Assembly: GCA_017646805.1 (NCBI GenBank)
Contig: JAGCLW010000053.1
Coordinates: 22,088-86,087 of the forward strand
Direction of reading: 5' to 3'
Source: Paludibacteraceae bacterium
GTDB taxonomy: Bacteria > Bacteroidota > Bacteroidia > Bacteroidales > Paludibacteraceae
DNA length: 64,000 bases
In this document: one piece after another, positions 29,770 through 40,700 of the stretch
Layout of the letters: each line of letters begins with the position of its first letter
How positions within the stretch are numbered: position 1 is the first letter of the stretch
Made by a program: the position numbers and the translations under genes
Notes under the pieces: generated by a model
Told to the model about the DNA's origin: nothing
Seen by the model: the letters and a program-made list of their open reading frames with translations, nothing else
Databases searched by the model: none

Positions 29770-30762
29770 ATGAAAATTCAACTAAATACAACTCAAAAAA
29801 AAGAACGCCTTCTGATCGCTCCGCTGAATTGGGGATTAGGACATGCAACTCGTTGTATTCCTATCATTCAACATCTTCTTCTTCAAGGACATTTCATTGT
29901 CATTGCAACAGAAAATGAAGGAAAAGCTTTGTTGGAAAAAGAATTTCCAAACCTTCCCATCATCACACTCAAAGGATATGATATTTCTTATTCCAAAACC
30001 AATAGCCAAGTTTGGAAAATAATATCTCAAATCCCGAAAATCCTTTATCGAATCAAAAAAGAACATTCTTCTTTAAAAAAAATCATTGATCAACACCAAA
30101 TTACCACCGTAATTTCCGACAATCGATTTGGTCTGTGGTCATCAAAAGTGCATTGTATCTACATCACTCACCAACTTCGAATCATGATGCCAAAATGGCT
30201 CAAACCAATGGAATTTGTTGCAGAATGGATTCACAGAACAATAATCAATCGATACGATGAATGTTGGATTCCGGATTTTGCAGGAGAAAATAATCTTAGT
30301 GGAGAATTGTCTCACCGAAATAAAATGCCACAAAATGCAAAATTTATCGGAATTTTATCACGATTTGAAAATATAAACATCAAACCGGAAACAACTAAAA
30401 AATTTCATACCGTGGCAATCGTTTCCGGAGTAGAACCTCAACGAACTTTATTTTTGAAAAAAATAACTTCTTCGCTTCTTCTTTCCAACGAAAAAAGTTT
30501 AATAATTGGCGGAACGCCATCAAAAACCGAAACTTTTACAAACAAAAACATCACGTTTGTCAATCATTTATCTTCGGAAGAATTTGCAAACATTTTATAT
30601 CATGCCAAACGTATTATTTGTCGCTCCGGTTATAGTACGATGATGGATCTTGAAACATTGAAAAAATCAGCCGAAATCATTGCCACTCCCGGACAAACCG
30701 AACAAGAATATTTAGCAAAATATTTAATAAAAAAAGGGAAACATCAACTATGGAAAGAATAA
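29770..30762 (+). CDS. GT-B glycosyltransferase of the MurG/UDP-glycosyltransferase-like (TIGR00661-like) type
   Basis: The N-terminus APLNWGLGHATRCIPIIQHLL is a G-loop. The C-terminus reads CRSGYSTMMDLETL..AEIIATPGQTEQEYLA. Confidence 0.65.
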   Translation: MKIQLNTTQKKERLLIAPLNWGLGHATRCIPIIQHLLLQGHFIVIATENEGKALLEKEFPNLPIITLKGYDISYSKTNSQVWKIISQIPKILYRIKKEHSSLKKIIDQHQITTVISDNRFGLWSSKVHCIYITHQLRIMMPKWLKPMEFVAEWIHRTIINRYDECWIPDFAGENNLSGELSHRNKMPQNAKFIGILSRFENINIKPETTKKFHTVAIVSGVEPQRTLFLKKITSSLLLSNEKSLIIGGTPSKTETFTNKNITFVNHLSSEEFANILYHAKRIICRSGYSTMMDLETLKKSAEIIATPGQTEQEYLAKYLIKKGKHQLWKE

Positions 30763-31436
30763 GAAGAGAATTGTTTGATTTAAAAGACGAACAATATCGT
30801 CATTTTTCAAGCAAATTATTGCCAACAATCGACAAAGGAAAAATCATCGGAATCCGTACGCCACAATTAAGACAATATGCCAAAAATTTGATAAAGGAAA
30901 ATCGATACAACTTTTTTTTAGATTCACTTCCTCATTTTTATCATGAAGAAAATTGTCTGCACGCCGAAATCATCATGCTTGCTTTTCGCAACGATTTCAA
31001 TCGAACCATTGACGAAACCGAACGCTTTTTTCCCTACATTGATAATTGGGCGACTTGCGATTGTTTTGCGCCGAAAATTTTCAAAAAAAATATTTCCGAA
31101 CTAAAAAAACACGTCAACAATTGGCTCTCTTCCCAACATAATTTTACGATTCGATTCGGAATCACAACTTGCATTCATTTTTTATTGGACAAAGATTTTG
31201 ATTCATCTCTTCATCAAAAAATCTGCAACATATCCAACGACGAATATTACGTCAATATGGCGATTGCTTGGTATATCAGCATTGCTCTCATAAAGCAATA
31301 TTCTACGACAATTCCGCTATTGGAAAAGAAGCAAATTGAATCAACTTGGGTGCATAACAAGGCTATTCAAAAAGCTTGCGAAAGTCTTAGAATTTCTAAT
31401 CAACAAAAAGAATATCTGAAAACATTAAAACGCTAA
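30750..31436 (+). CDS. DNA alkylation repair protein (AlkD-like HEAT-repeat family)
   Basis: Motifs LRQYAKNL and IDNWATCDCFAPKIF are present. It overlaps the upstream gene by 13 nt. Confidence 0.75.
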   Translation: MERIRRELFDLKDEQYRHFSSKLLPTIDKGKIIGIRTPQLRQYAKNLIKENRYNFFLDSLPHFYHEENCLHAEIIMLAFRNDFNRTIDETERFFPYIDNWATCDCFAPKIFKKNISELKKHVNNWLSSQHNFTIRFGITTCIHFLLDKDFDSSLHQKICNISNDEYYVNMAIAWYISIALIKQYSTTIPLLEKKQIESTWVHNKAIQKACESLRISNQQKEYLKTLKR

Positions 31437-31440
31437 AAAA

Positions 31441-33909
31441 TCATATCGGATCAACATCTAAATAAATTTGAAGAGAACGATAAAGTCCCAAACTCAACAA
31501 ATAATCTTTAGCATAACGAATGATTGATTTTGCTTCTTGGACGGACGCATTTTGTTCAATTTTTAATGTAATTCGCTTCAAATACATATTCTGAACCCGA
31601 GCAACCGTAGGCTCATTAGGACCCAAAACCCGTTCGCCAAAGGACTGACGGAGATAATAAGCCAATTCTGAAGATGCCTTTTTCAAAATTTCCTCATCTC
31701 GATGTTTTAAAATGACGTTAATCAAACGAACAAACGGCGGATAAGAAAATTCTTTTCTCTCTTTCATTTGCTGATTATACATCGCAAAATAATCATTTGT
31801 CACCACTTGTTGCAAAACCGAATGATCCGGAGAATTCGTTTGTATCAAAACCAATCCTTGCTTTTGTTTGCGTCCCGAACGACCACTTACTTGGCACAAC
31901 AATTGGAAAGCTCGTTCGTATGCCCGAAAATCCGGATAATTCAACATCGTATCTGCATTAAGCACTCCCACCAAACTAACACGAGAAAAATCCAATCCTT
32001 TGGTCAACATTTGAGTACCAATCAAAATGTCAATTTCTCCATTTTCAAACGATGAAATAATACGCTCATACGACGTTCGCGTCCGTGTTGTATCCCAATC
32101 CATGCGTCCGATTCTCATTTGCGGAAAAATCAACTTCAATTCCTCTTCCACTTTTTCTGTCCCAAATCCTTTTGAATCAAAACGTTCAGAGCCACATTGA
32201 AGACATGTGTTTTTCAAACTCTCCGTATAACCGCAATAATGACACGTTAGTGCATTACTAAATTTATGCACCGTGAGCGTCACATCACAATTTTTGCAAC
32301 GAGGAACATATCCACAATCTTCACATTCAACCAAAGGAGCATAACCTCGACGATTTTGAAACAAAATTACTTGCTCGCCATCTTCCACCACACGCTGAAT
32401 AGAAGAAATCAATTCCGGCGAAAAAATTCCTTTCATCTGTTTTTTTCGTCGCAATTCTTTGGTATCTACAATCTTTATTTGAGGCAATTTCACATCATTA
32501 TACCGATGAGTTAAATTAACCAATCCATATCTTCCATTCAATGAATTATTATATGACTCGATGCTTGGAGTCGCTGTTCCAAGAAGAATATTCGCATCGT
32601 GCATCATTGCCAAAACCAATGCTGCATCTCGAGCATGATAACGTGGTGCCGGATCCATTTGTTTATACGACTGTTCGTGTTCTTCATCTACGATGATCAA
32701 TCCTAAATCCTGAAACGGCAAAAACAATGATGAACGAACGCCAAGAATTACATCATATCCCTTATTATTCAATAAATTATCCCAAACTTCAACTCGTTCG
32801 GCATCAGAATATTTTGAATGATATACACCCAAACGATTGCCAAAAACCTTTTTTAATCGAATTGCCAATTGGGTTGTCAAAGCAATTTCCGGCAACAACA
32901 ACAATGCTTGTCGTCCTCGTTGCAAAGTTTCCTCAATCAAATGAATATAAATCTCCGTTTTTCCACTTGATGTTACACCATGCAACAAACAACATTTTTT
33001 TTGCTCAAAAACAGTATGAATTTCTTTAAATGCTTGCTGTTGCACTTCATTCAATACAGATTTTGAAACCATTTTTGACGAATCAAACTCTTCTAATCGA
33101 CTAACAACTCGCTCTTCCGTAATCAAAAAACCTTTTTTTATCAACGCTTTCAAAATCATATACGAATTGGAATCAAACTCTTCAAACAAAGTTTTTCGAG
33201 ACAATTCCATTTTTGCTTCCGCAGAAAAACTCTTTGTTAAACGCAAAAATGCAGAAAAAAGCAATCGTTGTTTTTCTGCATTTCGCAAAGCATATAACGC
33301 CTGCTCTGCATGCTCTTCGGTCGTAATAGCAGGCGACAACTTACAAAAAACTTCCTTCTTTGGACGATAATTTTGCTGTATCTTTTCCGACACACTCAAA
33401 ATCCCTTTGTCTATCATTGACTTAACCGCAGGCAACACATTTTTTATCCCCGATTCTTTTTCTATCTCTCGAATCGTCTTTACTTTTCCCTCTTCCAAAT
33501 AAACAAAAAGCCGTTGTTCTTTTGTGGTCAAAACCAATTGTTCGTCAGACAAAAACTCTTCTTTTGAATAAATTACCACTTGTGATTCACTCTCCAATTT
33601 CATTGCCGACGGAACTGCAACTTTATACACATCGCCCAGAAATGCTTGATAATAATCTGCAATCCAAAGCCAAAATTGCAACTGTAAAGAACGAACCATT
33701 GGTTGAGTATCCAAAATCTCTTCTATCATCTTCACCTCAAACCCTTGTGGCGATTCATTCGTCACAGACAGAACAATTCCCGTATAGAGCTTCTTCTGTA
33801 CGGGAACTAAAACTCGCATTCCTTTTGCTATTTTTGATTGCAATTCTACAGGAACTTGATACGTATATGTATTTGCCAAAGACAACGGCAAAATCACATC
33901 TACAAACAT
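31441..33909 (-). CDS. priA: Primosomal protein N' (replication restart helicase PriA)
   Basis: Carries GVTSSGKTEIY (Walker A), IIVDEEH, and Cys-rich zinc motifs (CEDCGYVPRCKNCDVTLTVH...CHYCGY...CLQCGS). Confidence 0.95.
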   Translation of the reverse strand: MFVDVILPLSLANTYTYQVPVELQSKIAKGMRVLVPVQKKLYTGIVLSVTNESPQGFEVKMIEEILDTQPMVRSLQLQFWLWIADYYQAFLGDVYKVAVPSAMKLESESQVVIYSKEEFLSDEQLVLTTKEQRLFVYLEEGKVKTIREIEKESGIKNVLPAVKSMIDKGILSVSEKIQQNYRPKKEVFCKLSPAITTEEHAEQALYALRNAEKQRLLFSAFLRLTKSFSAEAKMELSRKTLFEEFDSNSYMILKALIKKGFLITEERVVSRLEEFDSSKMVSKSVLNEVQQQAFKEIHTVFEQKKCCLLHGVTSSGKTEIYIHLIEETLQRGRQALLLLPEIALTTQLAIRLKKVFGNRLGVYHSKYSDAERVEVWDNLLNNKGYDVILGVRSSLFLPFQDLGLIIVDEEHEQSYKQMDPAPRYHARDAALVLAMMHDANILLGTATPSIESYNNSLNGRYGLVNLTHRYNDVKLPQIKIVDTKELRRKKQMKGIFSPELISSIQRVVEDGEQVILFQNRRGYAPLVECEDCGYVPRCKNCDVTLTVHKFSNALTCHYCGYTESLKNTCLQCGSERFDSKGFGTEKVEEELKLIFPQMRIGRMDWDTTRTRTSYERIISSFENGEIDILIGTQMLTKGLDFSRVSLVGVLNADTMLNYPDFRAYERAFQLLCQVSGRSGRKQKQGLVLIQTNSPDHSVLQQVVTNDYFAMYNQQMKERKEFSYPPFVRLINVILKHRDEEILKKASSELAYYLRQSFGERVLGPNEPTVARVQNMYLKRITLKIEQNASVQEAKSIIRYAKDYLLSLGLYRSLQIYLDVDPI

Positions 33910-33922
33910 AAAATTTTTCTTA

Positions 33923-35668
33923 CTATAAATCCACCTTAATATCTTGTACCATCAATTGAATTGTAGTGTTTTCCTTAAAATTATTTTCTTCTATCGTATA
34001 ACAAATTGCTATGGGTTGCTTTGACTTAATCACATCAAAATATTGTCCCTGACGAAACGCAATTGCATTGGTTACATACATGCCATTTTCATCAACAACA
34101 TCTAATTTAAGATGCTCATTTTCTTTTCCAACCAATCGACTTGTTCCTTTATCCACCACTCGATCCGTATAAAAAATAGGTTTTGGATTTTCCGGACCAA
34201 ATGGATTAAACTTTCTCAACACACGATAGAATTTTCGGTTAATTTCTCGAAATGACAAACGAGCATCTATATCTATCTGTGCAACCTGCTGATCAGGACG
34301 AATATGATCTCGCACATACGCTTCAAATCGACGCGTAAATTCTCCCACATTTTCCTCTTTCATCGCTAATCCGGCCGCATAAATATGACCTCCAAAATTA
34401 ACCAACAAATCTTTACACGATTCCAAAGCTTTGTACACATCAAAACCCGAAACAGATCGCGCCGATCCTGTGGCAATACCATTTGCATTGCGAGTCAAAA
34501 CAACCGTTGGTCGATAATATTTCTCCGAAATTCGCGATGCTACGATTCCTATTACCCCTTTGTGCCAAGAAGGATTATAAATAACAATTGATTTTCGTTG
34601 TTCAAGCCCCTTGTCCAACTCCATCAAACGAATAGCAATATCCGTTGTTGCTTTGTCCAAATCCTTTCGTTGCTCATTGTGTTCATCTAATTGCTTACTC
34701 CGCTCTTCCGCAAAATCTTTGTTGTTCGTAACCAACAATTCCACCGCTTCACGAGCCAATTGCATTCGTCCACTTGCATTGATACGAGGTCCGATTTTAA
34801 AAACAATATCACTTATCAAAATTTCTTTCGACTTCAATCCGGTCATATCAATTACACTTCGAAGACCAAGACTCGGATTTGAATTCAATTGTTTCAATCC
34901 ATAATATGCCAAAATACGATTTTCTCCGGTTATAGGAACTATATCCGAAGCAATACTGACCACGACAAAATCCAACAATCGATAAAGATTTTGCATATTC
35001 AAATCCCGCTCTTCCTTTTCTACAAACATAGTCATCACCAATGCTTGCATAAATTTGAAGCCAACGCCACATCCACAAAGATGTTTGTACGGATAATTGC
35101 AATCTCCTCTTTTGGAATCAAGGACTGCCACCGCTCGTGGCAAAACATCATCCGGAGTATGATGATCACAAATAATGAAATCAACACCTAAAGATAAAGC
35201 ATAATCCACTTTTTCTACGGCTTTGATTCCACAATCAAGTGCTATAACAAGCGAAAAACCATGTTCTTTAGCAAAATCAATCCCTTGATACGAAATGCCA
35301 TATCCCTCATTATACCTATCAGGGACATAAAAATCCACATCATGATGGTATTGTTTCAAAAACTTATACACGAGGGCAACGGCAGTCGTGCCATCTACAT
35401 CATAATCTCCATAAACAAGAATACGTTCTTTATTCGCAAGTGCCCGTATAAGACGATCCACCGCCAAATCCATATCCTTCATCAAAAAAGGATCATGAAG
35501 TTTGTCTAATCGAGGATGAAAAAAATCTTTAGCCTCTTCCTCTGTCGATACACCTCGTTGCAACAAAAGTTGTGCTAATACGGGACTAATTTTAAGTTGT
35601 TCTGCTAATTCTTCTTTCTGTTTTTCTTGTTCAATAGTTAAGGAGTTAATATTCCAATCACTAATCAT
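33923..35668 (-). CDS. recJ: Single-stranded-DNA-specific exonuclease RecJ
   Basis: DHH motifs are present (VYGDYDVDGTT, LDCGI, IICDHH), along with the DHHA1 motif GGHIYAAG. Confidence 0.95.
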   Translation of the reverse strand: MISDWNINSLTIEQEKQKEELAEQLKISPVLAQLLLQRGVSTEEEAKDFFHPRLDKLHDPFLMKDMDLAVDRLIRALANKERILVYGDYDVDGTTAVALVYKFLKQYHHDVDFYVPDRYNEGYGISYQGIDFAKEHGFSLVIALDCGIKAVEKVDYALSLGVDFIICDHHTPDDVLPRAVAVLDSKRGDCNYPYKHLCGCGVGFKFMQALVMTMFVEKEERDLNMQNLYRLLDFVVVSIASDIVPITGENRILAYYGLKQLNSNPSLGLRSVIDMTGLKSKEILISDIVFKIGPRINASGRMQLAREAVELLVTNNKDFAEERSKQLDEHNEQRKDLDKATTDIAIRLMELDKGLEQRKSIVIYNPSWHKGVIGIVASRISEKYYRPTVVLTRNANGIATGSARSVSGFDVYKALESCKDLLVNFGGHIYAAGLAMKEENVGEFTRRFEAYVRDHIRPDQQVAQIDIDARLSFREINRKFYRVLRKFNPFGPENPKPIFYTDRVVDKGTSRLVGKENEHLKLDVVDENGMYVTNAIAFRQGQYFDVIKSKQPIAICYTIEENNFKENTTIQLMVQDIKVDL

Positions 35669-35893
35669 TATATATTGTTTTATTTTTTTCTGAGCAATGA
35701 AATTTTTCCCTTTTTATAAAACCAAAACTCCCTCTTTTCTTCATTAAAGAATCTTTTCATATAAGAAAACTTTGTAAAGGTACATAAAAAAAAGTATATA
35801 CCTTAAAAAAAGCATATACTTTACAACATATTTTCACACAAAAAAAACGTTTAATAATTGTTTTTTTGCCTTTTATCCTACTTTTTTTTGTTC

Positions 35894-36343
35894 CTACCTC
35901 ACATATCTTTCCATTTCGCGTTTTGCATCTTTTTCTTTGAGAGAATTTCGTTTGTCATAATTCTTTTTTCCTCGAGCAAGTGCAATCTCCACTTTTGCCA
36001 ATCCTTTAGGATTAACAAACAAAACGGTCGGAATGATCGTGTATCCTGATTCTTGAGTTGCTCGTGACAACTTTTTTAATTCTCGTTTGGTAAGCAACAA
36101 TTTTCGTTCTCTACGTACTTCATGATTATAAAACGAACTCCACTTATACTCCGCAATATGCATATTCTTAAGCCAAAGTTCTCCTTTATCAAAATAACAA
36201 TACGTATCAACCAAACTCGCTTTCCCGGCTCGTATTGATTTTATTTCACTACCAAACAACTGTATTCCTGCAACATATTTGTCTGACAATTCATAATCAA
36301 AACTTGCACGACGATTTTTTATATGTATATCTGAAGATTTCAA
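35894..36343 (-). CDS. smpB: SsrA-binding protein
   Basis: The sequence [31 protein letters not shown]...[12 protein letters not shown] is universal SmpB. Confidence 0.95.
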   Translation of the reverse strand: MKSSDIHIKNRRASFDYELSDKYVAGIQLFGSEIKSIRAGKASLVDTYCYFDKGELWLKNMHIAEYKWSSFYNHEVRRERKLLLTKRELKKLSRATQESGYTIIPTVLFVNPKGLAKVEIALARGKKNYDKRNSLKEKDAKREMERYVR

Positions 36344-36344
36344 A

Positions 36345-36911
36345 TTAACTAATTATCGGAATAAAAAAGACAACTATTTTATTTAAAAAAATGGGAAACA
36401 ACACCAACGGAAAGGCTACCGAAAAAAGAAAGTGTAATTGTTTTTCTTCCTCTACCTGAAGCGTGTGTTGCATCGCCGTCCAAACAATATAAAATGAAAA
36501 CAATAGCAACGCATTTAAAAACAAAAATACAACCGGTGCAAATGCAATTACCGAACTTAAAAGCATTTCAAACGACAACGTATAAATCAAAATACGAAAA
36601 ATCGCCGATTCTTTTTGTGCTAAAAACGAATATTGCTCCGAAAAATAAGACAATGCCTTACGACATATAATAAACGTCAAAAAATACGATAAAACAGAAA
36701 AAAAGGATTTTAATAACGGAGTCACAAAAAAAACTCCATCACTATAAATCAACGTTGAAAAAAATATACAAATCGCATGGATAATCATCATATTCTTAAA
36801 AAAATCACTATCCTCCTCGACATCATCTGATCGATGATTCATTTTCTGCCAAAAATCTTCAGCATTAAAAACCAAATTATACAATATGATGATAACTTCT
36901 CTAAACTTCAT
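36345..36911 (-). CDS. Hypothetical polytopic membrane protein (Yip1-like topology)
   Basis: 188 aa with about five hydrophobic helices. Its stop lies 1 nt from the smpB start. I recognised no family motif. Confidence 0.5.
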   Translation of the reverse strand: MKFREVIIILYNLVFNAEDFWQKMNHRSDDVEEDSDFFKNMMIIHAICIFFSTLIYSDGVFFVTPLLKSFFSVLSYFLTFIICRKALSYFSEQYSFLAQKESAIFRILIYTLSFEMLLSSVIAFAPVVFLFLNALLLFSFYIVWTAMQHTLQVEEEKQLHFLFSVAFPLVLFPIFLNKIVVFFIPIIS

Positions 36912-36930
36912 ATCTATTTTTTAACGTGTG

Positions 36931-36938
36931 CAAAAGTA
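36931..36938 (-). promoter_or_regulatory. -7 promoter box TACTTTTG (membrane protein-smpB unit)
   Basis: The plus strand reads caaaagta, 20 nt upstream of the start codon, which implies a very short leader. Confidence 0.45.
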
Positions 36939-36954
36939 GAAAAAATATACGATA

Positions 36955-36986
36955 AATAAAAAAGGACATGCACAAATACACATCCT
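36955..36986 (-). terminator. Possible terminator after the 178-aa gene
   Basis: 8-bp stem with two G-U pairs on the minus strand (aggatgtg/catgtcct), followed by a T-run. Confidence 0.4.
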
Positions 36987-37015
36987 TTTTTTTTATACTA
37001 ATTTCTCTTAATCTA

Positions 37016-37552
37016 TCAACCTTGAATTCTTCGACGCGATACAACAAAATACATCGTCAATAACATAACCATAAAAATTCCAACACCAAATCCATCTGAT
37101 AATGGGAATTTAAAAATTGGAATTTCAATCATTCCTCCCAGTGGATCATCTACATTACTCGACAATGGGAATACCGTTCCATCATCTCTCACAGCCAATA
37201 AATAACCCGCCGGTGCAGATATTACATTTCCATCATTATTAGGATCTTTTCCCGAATACGCAAGAGTCAAAGTTACCGGCAATCCCAAAGAAGCATCTCC
37301 TGTAAAAGTAACTTGATCCCCAACTTGAAATGCATAACTCGAATACATCAAATATAACGTACCTGCAATTTCCAATGCTGTTCCGCTCTCTATCTCCACA
37401 TCATAACTTGCTTCCAACATTGCCGAATTATTTTCTTCCATAGTGAAACTAAGCCCTGACTCATCATAACCAAACCCTTCCGAAGGAAAAGTTACAGCCA
37501 TAACCGTCACACAAGAAATCATCAATAATATGGATAATAAAAATTTTCTCAT
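37016..37552 (-). CDS. Small exported protein with C-terminal motif-TM-basic tail (sorting-signal-like)
   Basis: Has an N-terminal signal peptide (MRKFLLSILLMISCVTVMA). The C-terminus reads FPLSDG-FGVGIFMVMLLTMYFVV-SRRRIQG. It has its own -7 box. Confidence 0.55.
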   Translation of the reverse strand: MRKFLLSILLMISCVTVMAVTFPSEGFGYDESGLSFTMEENNSAMLEASYDVEIESGTALEIAGTLYLMYSSYAFQVGDQVTFTGDASLGLPVTLTLAYSGKDPNNDGNVISAPAGYLLAVRDDGTVFPLSSNVDDPLGGMIEIPIFKFPLSDGFGVGIFMVMLLTMYFVVSRRRIQG

Positions 37553-37603
37553 ATTGCGTTATAAAAAACACTATCACCAAATGGAGAATCCCCAGATAAT
37601 GGT

Positions 37604-37611
37604 ACAAAGAT
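37604..37611 (-). promoter_or_regulatory. -7 promoter box TATCTTTG (178-aa gene)
   Basis: The plus strand reads caaagata, 52 nt upstream of start 37552. Confidence 0.55.
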
Positions 37612-37705
37612 AGGAATAAAAATCTAAATAAATGTTAAAAAAGTAGATATAATCAACTTTTTTAACAAAAAAACTCTTTTTTAACTTCTTATTCTTTGCC
37701 GTAGC

Positions 37706-37743
37706 GACAACAAGCACGATAAATAAACTACCGGCTTGTTGTC
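37706..37743 (-). promoter_or_regulatory. 10-bp perfect hairpin 19 nt downstream of the giant gene stop (3'-end stabiliser or non-canonical terminator)
   Basis: Stem gacaacaagc/gcttgttgtc with an 18-nt loop. No T-run follows on the minus strand. Confidence 0.4.
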
Positions 37744-37761
37744 ATTACAACAAAATATTAA

Positions 37762-40700
37762 TTATTGAATAGCTACTTGTTTTGATTTTGTTCCGCTATT
37801 CGTTTTTACTTTGACAATGTATGTACGATGTCCTACATTCATCAATCGATCATAAACCGACTTGTTGATGTCCGAAACTTTCGCTATCAAACGTCCTGTC
37901 AAATCATAAATCGAAACCTCTTGAATCAAATCTGTTGCCGATGATGTCACACGAATAGTATTGTTATTTACTACCGAAATGTTGATTTCTTGTTCATCAT
38001 CAACCATTGATTGTTCATCACGAGTAGAAATATTTTCTGATTGAGAGAAGCGAACAACAAGAACGCCTTCTTTATTCGATGCATTGAATAAGAAACGATA
38101 TGCTGATTCTTCTTTCAAATTCACTTCTTCTCCCGTTTGCTTATTGACAAACGTTACGTCCATATTTTCAAACGATTCTGCTCCAACAAAGGCAAATGTC
38201 ATTTCGCCCTCTTCTTTCGTGCTTTCAATGTAAATTGGAGCTTCGTATGGCAATTCTCCAAATTGTGCTATGTCAACATATTCTGTTCCGGCAATCAAAC
38301 TTGCTTCCGTATCAGAATATTGAGTGAAGAGTTTGCGAATATCTTCTCCTTCTACAAACGAATTAGAAGCTTTATCGCTCTTACGTATTGCCATGTTGCT
38401 TTCTACTCCTTCGCTTACTGCAGAAACGTAAAGTACACCATTTTCATTCACTTCCGTTGAACGAAGATTGTTATTTCCATCATTTGCAACATAGTGAAGA
38501 TCCAAATTATACGTTACGTTGTTATTTGAAGTAGCTTTCACGAAGAACGACTGCATTGGCGGAACAATACCCGATGTTTGTGGTGTCGTACCCATTACAT
38601 CTCCTCCTTCAAGAATAGCAACCGAACCATTTGTTGAACCATTCCAGAAATGGAATTCGTTTGCAATCACACCACTATTTGTTGTATAGAATGCTCCCAA
38701 ATCCAAGTGTGCCATTGCAGGGTTTCCTATCAAATTGTAACCGGATTTCACTGCATACGAACCATTTTGCAATTTGTTTGAGCCATCTTCCAACGCAAAA
38801 CGATATGGTTCTTCTCCATTACGTGCCAACATTTGCGTTCTCGATGCTATCGGTGCTCCCGTAAGTGTGCTATAAGGAATTGCTCTATCCACAAGAACAC
38901 TATCTTGTGTCATACGAGGCAACCAGAAGTCGTTCGCATCTGTATTTGTCATCTTACGTGGAGAATATGGATAATTGTACGAAACTTGAGATTCTTTGTA
39001 TGCAAATCCTTGACCAGGTGCAAGAACAACCGCATTATCTACGAACGTTTTCGTCCAAGTTCCATCTGCCGCAGCTCCCGTTACAGGTTCTACTTCATCA
39101 AACAATCGCATATACGAAACCGGTGCTCCATTGAAGTAGTAGTCTCCCGAATATGTATTCTTGAATGGAGCTGTCAACGTGTACCATGTTTCTTTTTCAA
39201 GAATCATGTTTGCGTATGCACGATAATAAGTAAGTCCATCAAGACCTTTCACTCCGGCTGCTTCTAGGAAATAGATTTCGTCACATTCTGCATTATCTTC
39301 TGTGATAATCGGATAATTTGTTGCTCCTTTTCCTACACCGGTGATATATGCATCGGTACAAGCACGAGGCACTTGATTTGTCCAGTTATCACGATTATTC
39401 CAATCCGTATCAACAGCTCCCGTCCAAGTTGTCTTTCTTGCTCCGTAATTTACTTCAAATTCCGGAGATGGAGCAGAGTTTCCACAACCATTTCGTCCAA
39501 CTACGATAGCGTTGATATTTGGAGTATTTCCAATTCCTAAGTTGATTTGAACGACATTTCGTTTGTCTCCAACCATCGAAATTTGCGTTTCAGGAATTTC
39601 AGGAATAAACGTCCAACCATACGAATTGGCTTCAATCACTTGACCATTTTGATCCGGATCTGCCACCGTTGGCAACACAGCCTCAATTTCAAGGTATCCA
39701 TTTTCATCAACACAATTGTATGTGATTTCCTTAATTGATGTTGGACCTGAAGTTGTCGCCATAACATCAAAATTAGCCGATCCATTCAAGAATGCACACA
39801 AGTTTTCATATTCCAAATCAATCTTAACTCCAAGACTGATCATTGCTCCACTACCAATTACATCTGGAGCTTTCAATGGCAATTCTTTTCCTTCGTAAAC
39901 AAGATATGTTCCATCTTCTGACACTTTATCAACCTCAACAGTTTTGTATTCTTCTCTGACTTCCAAACCTTCGTCCGGAATGATTTCAAAGCCTTGTGTT
40001 TCATCAGCCTTGATCATCCATTGATATGTTGCTCCGTTCGATGGTGCGGCATTTGCCAATTTATAGCGATTTACTGTTCCGACACACACTTGACGAAGAC
40101 CTTCAATATCGTATCCTTCTTCAGGAAGATCTTCTTTTGTCAAGAAGTGGATCGTATAACTTGCGTCATCACCCGACATTGGCATTGTACAATCTCCCGT
40201 ACTGATTTCGATAATTTCAAGAATTTGATCTTCTTTATTCATCGGAACAGAATATTCGATTGATTGTTCATAACAACCGTCAGGATCATCAATTTCACAA
40301 TTCACATACACTTGATATGTTTTTTGTGTTTGTCCGTCTTCGGCCGTTACCGTGTATTCCACATATCCGTTTGTAATCGTCAATGGTTGTCCTACTGCCG
40401 GCGAAACCGTTGCATTTGGAGATACTTCAATCACAGTTGAAATCAACTCTGTCAACGTTGTTTCTCCGCCTTCGGCACAATATTCAGAATTTGCATTCAA
40501 GAAAATCAAATCTTCATAAATACGTACTGAATTTGTGTTTTCCGCCGCAAAATCAACAATATCACATGCCGACGATTTTTGTTCGATATTACATTTCGTA
40601 ATGTTCATGTAATAAAGTGTGGTAAGCATCGTTTCTACCGAAGCGATAAACTCTACTCTCACTCTCGTTGTTGCGTCAATATTTTCCTTACAGTTGTTGA

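Noticed and set aside
35669-35893. A 225-bp spacer between smpB and recJ with adjacent direct repeats (gtatatgcttttttt / gtatatactttttttt on the minus strand) and a short aaggta/tacctt inverted repeat. I considered it as an ncRNA or an invertible element.
   Set aside because: The repeats are short and AT-rich, and no recombinase gene lies nearby. The spacer is too short for tmRNA, and I saw no conserved structure or consensus promoter. It is not distinguishable from ordinary AT-rich intergenic DNA.
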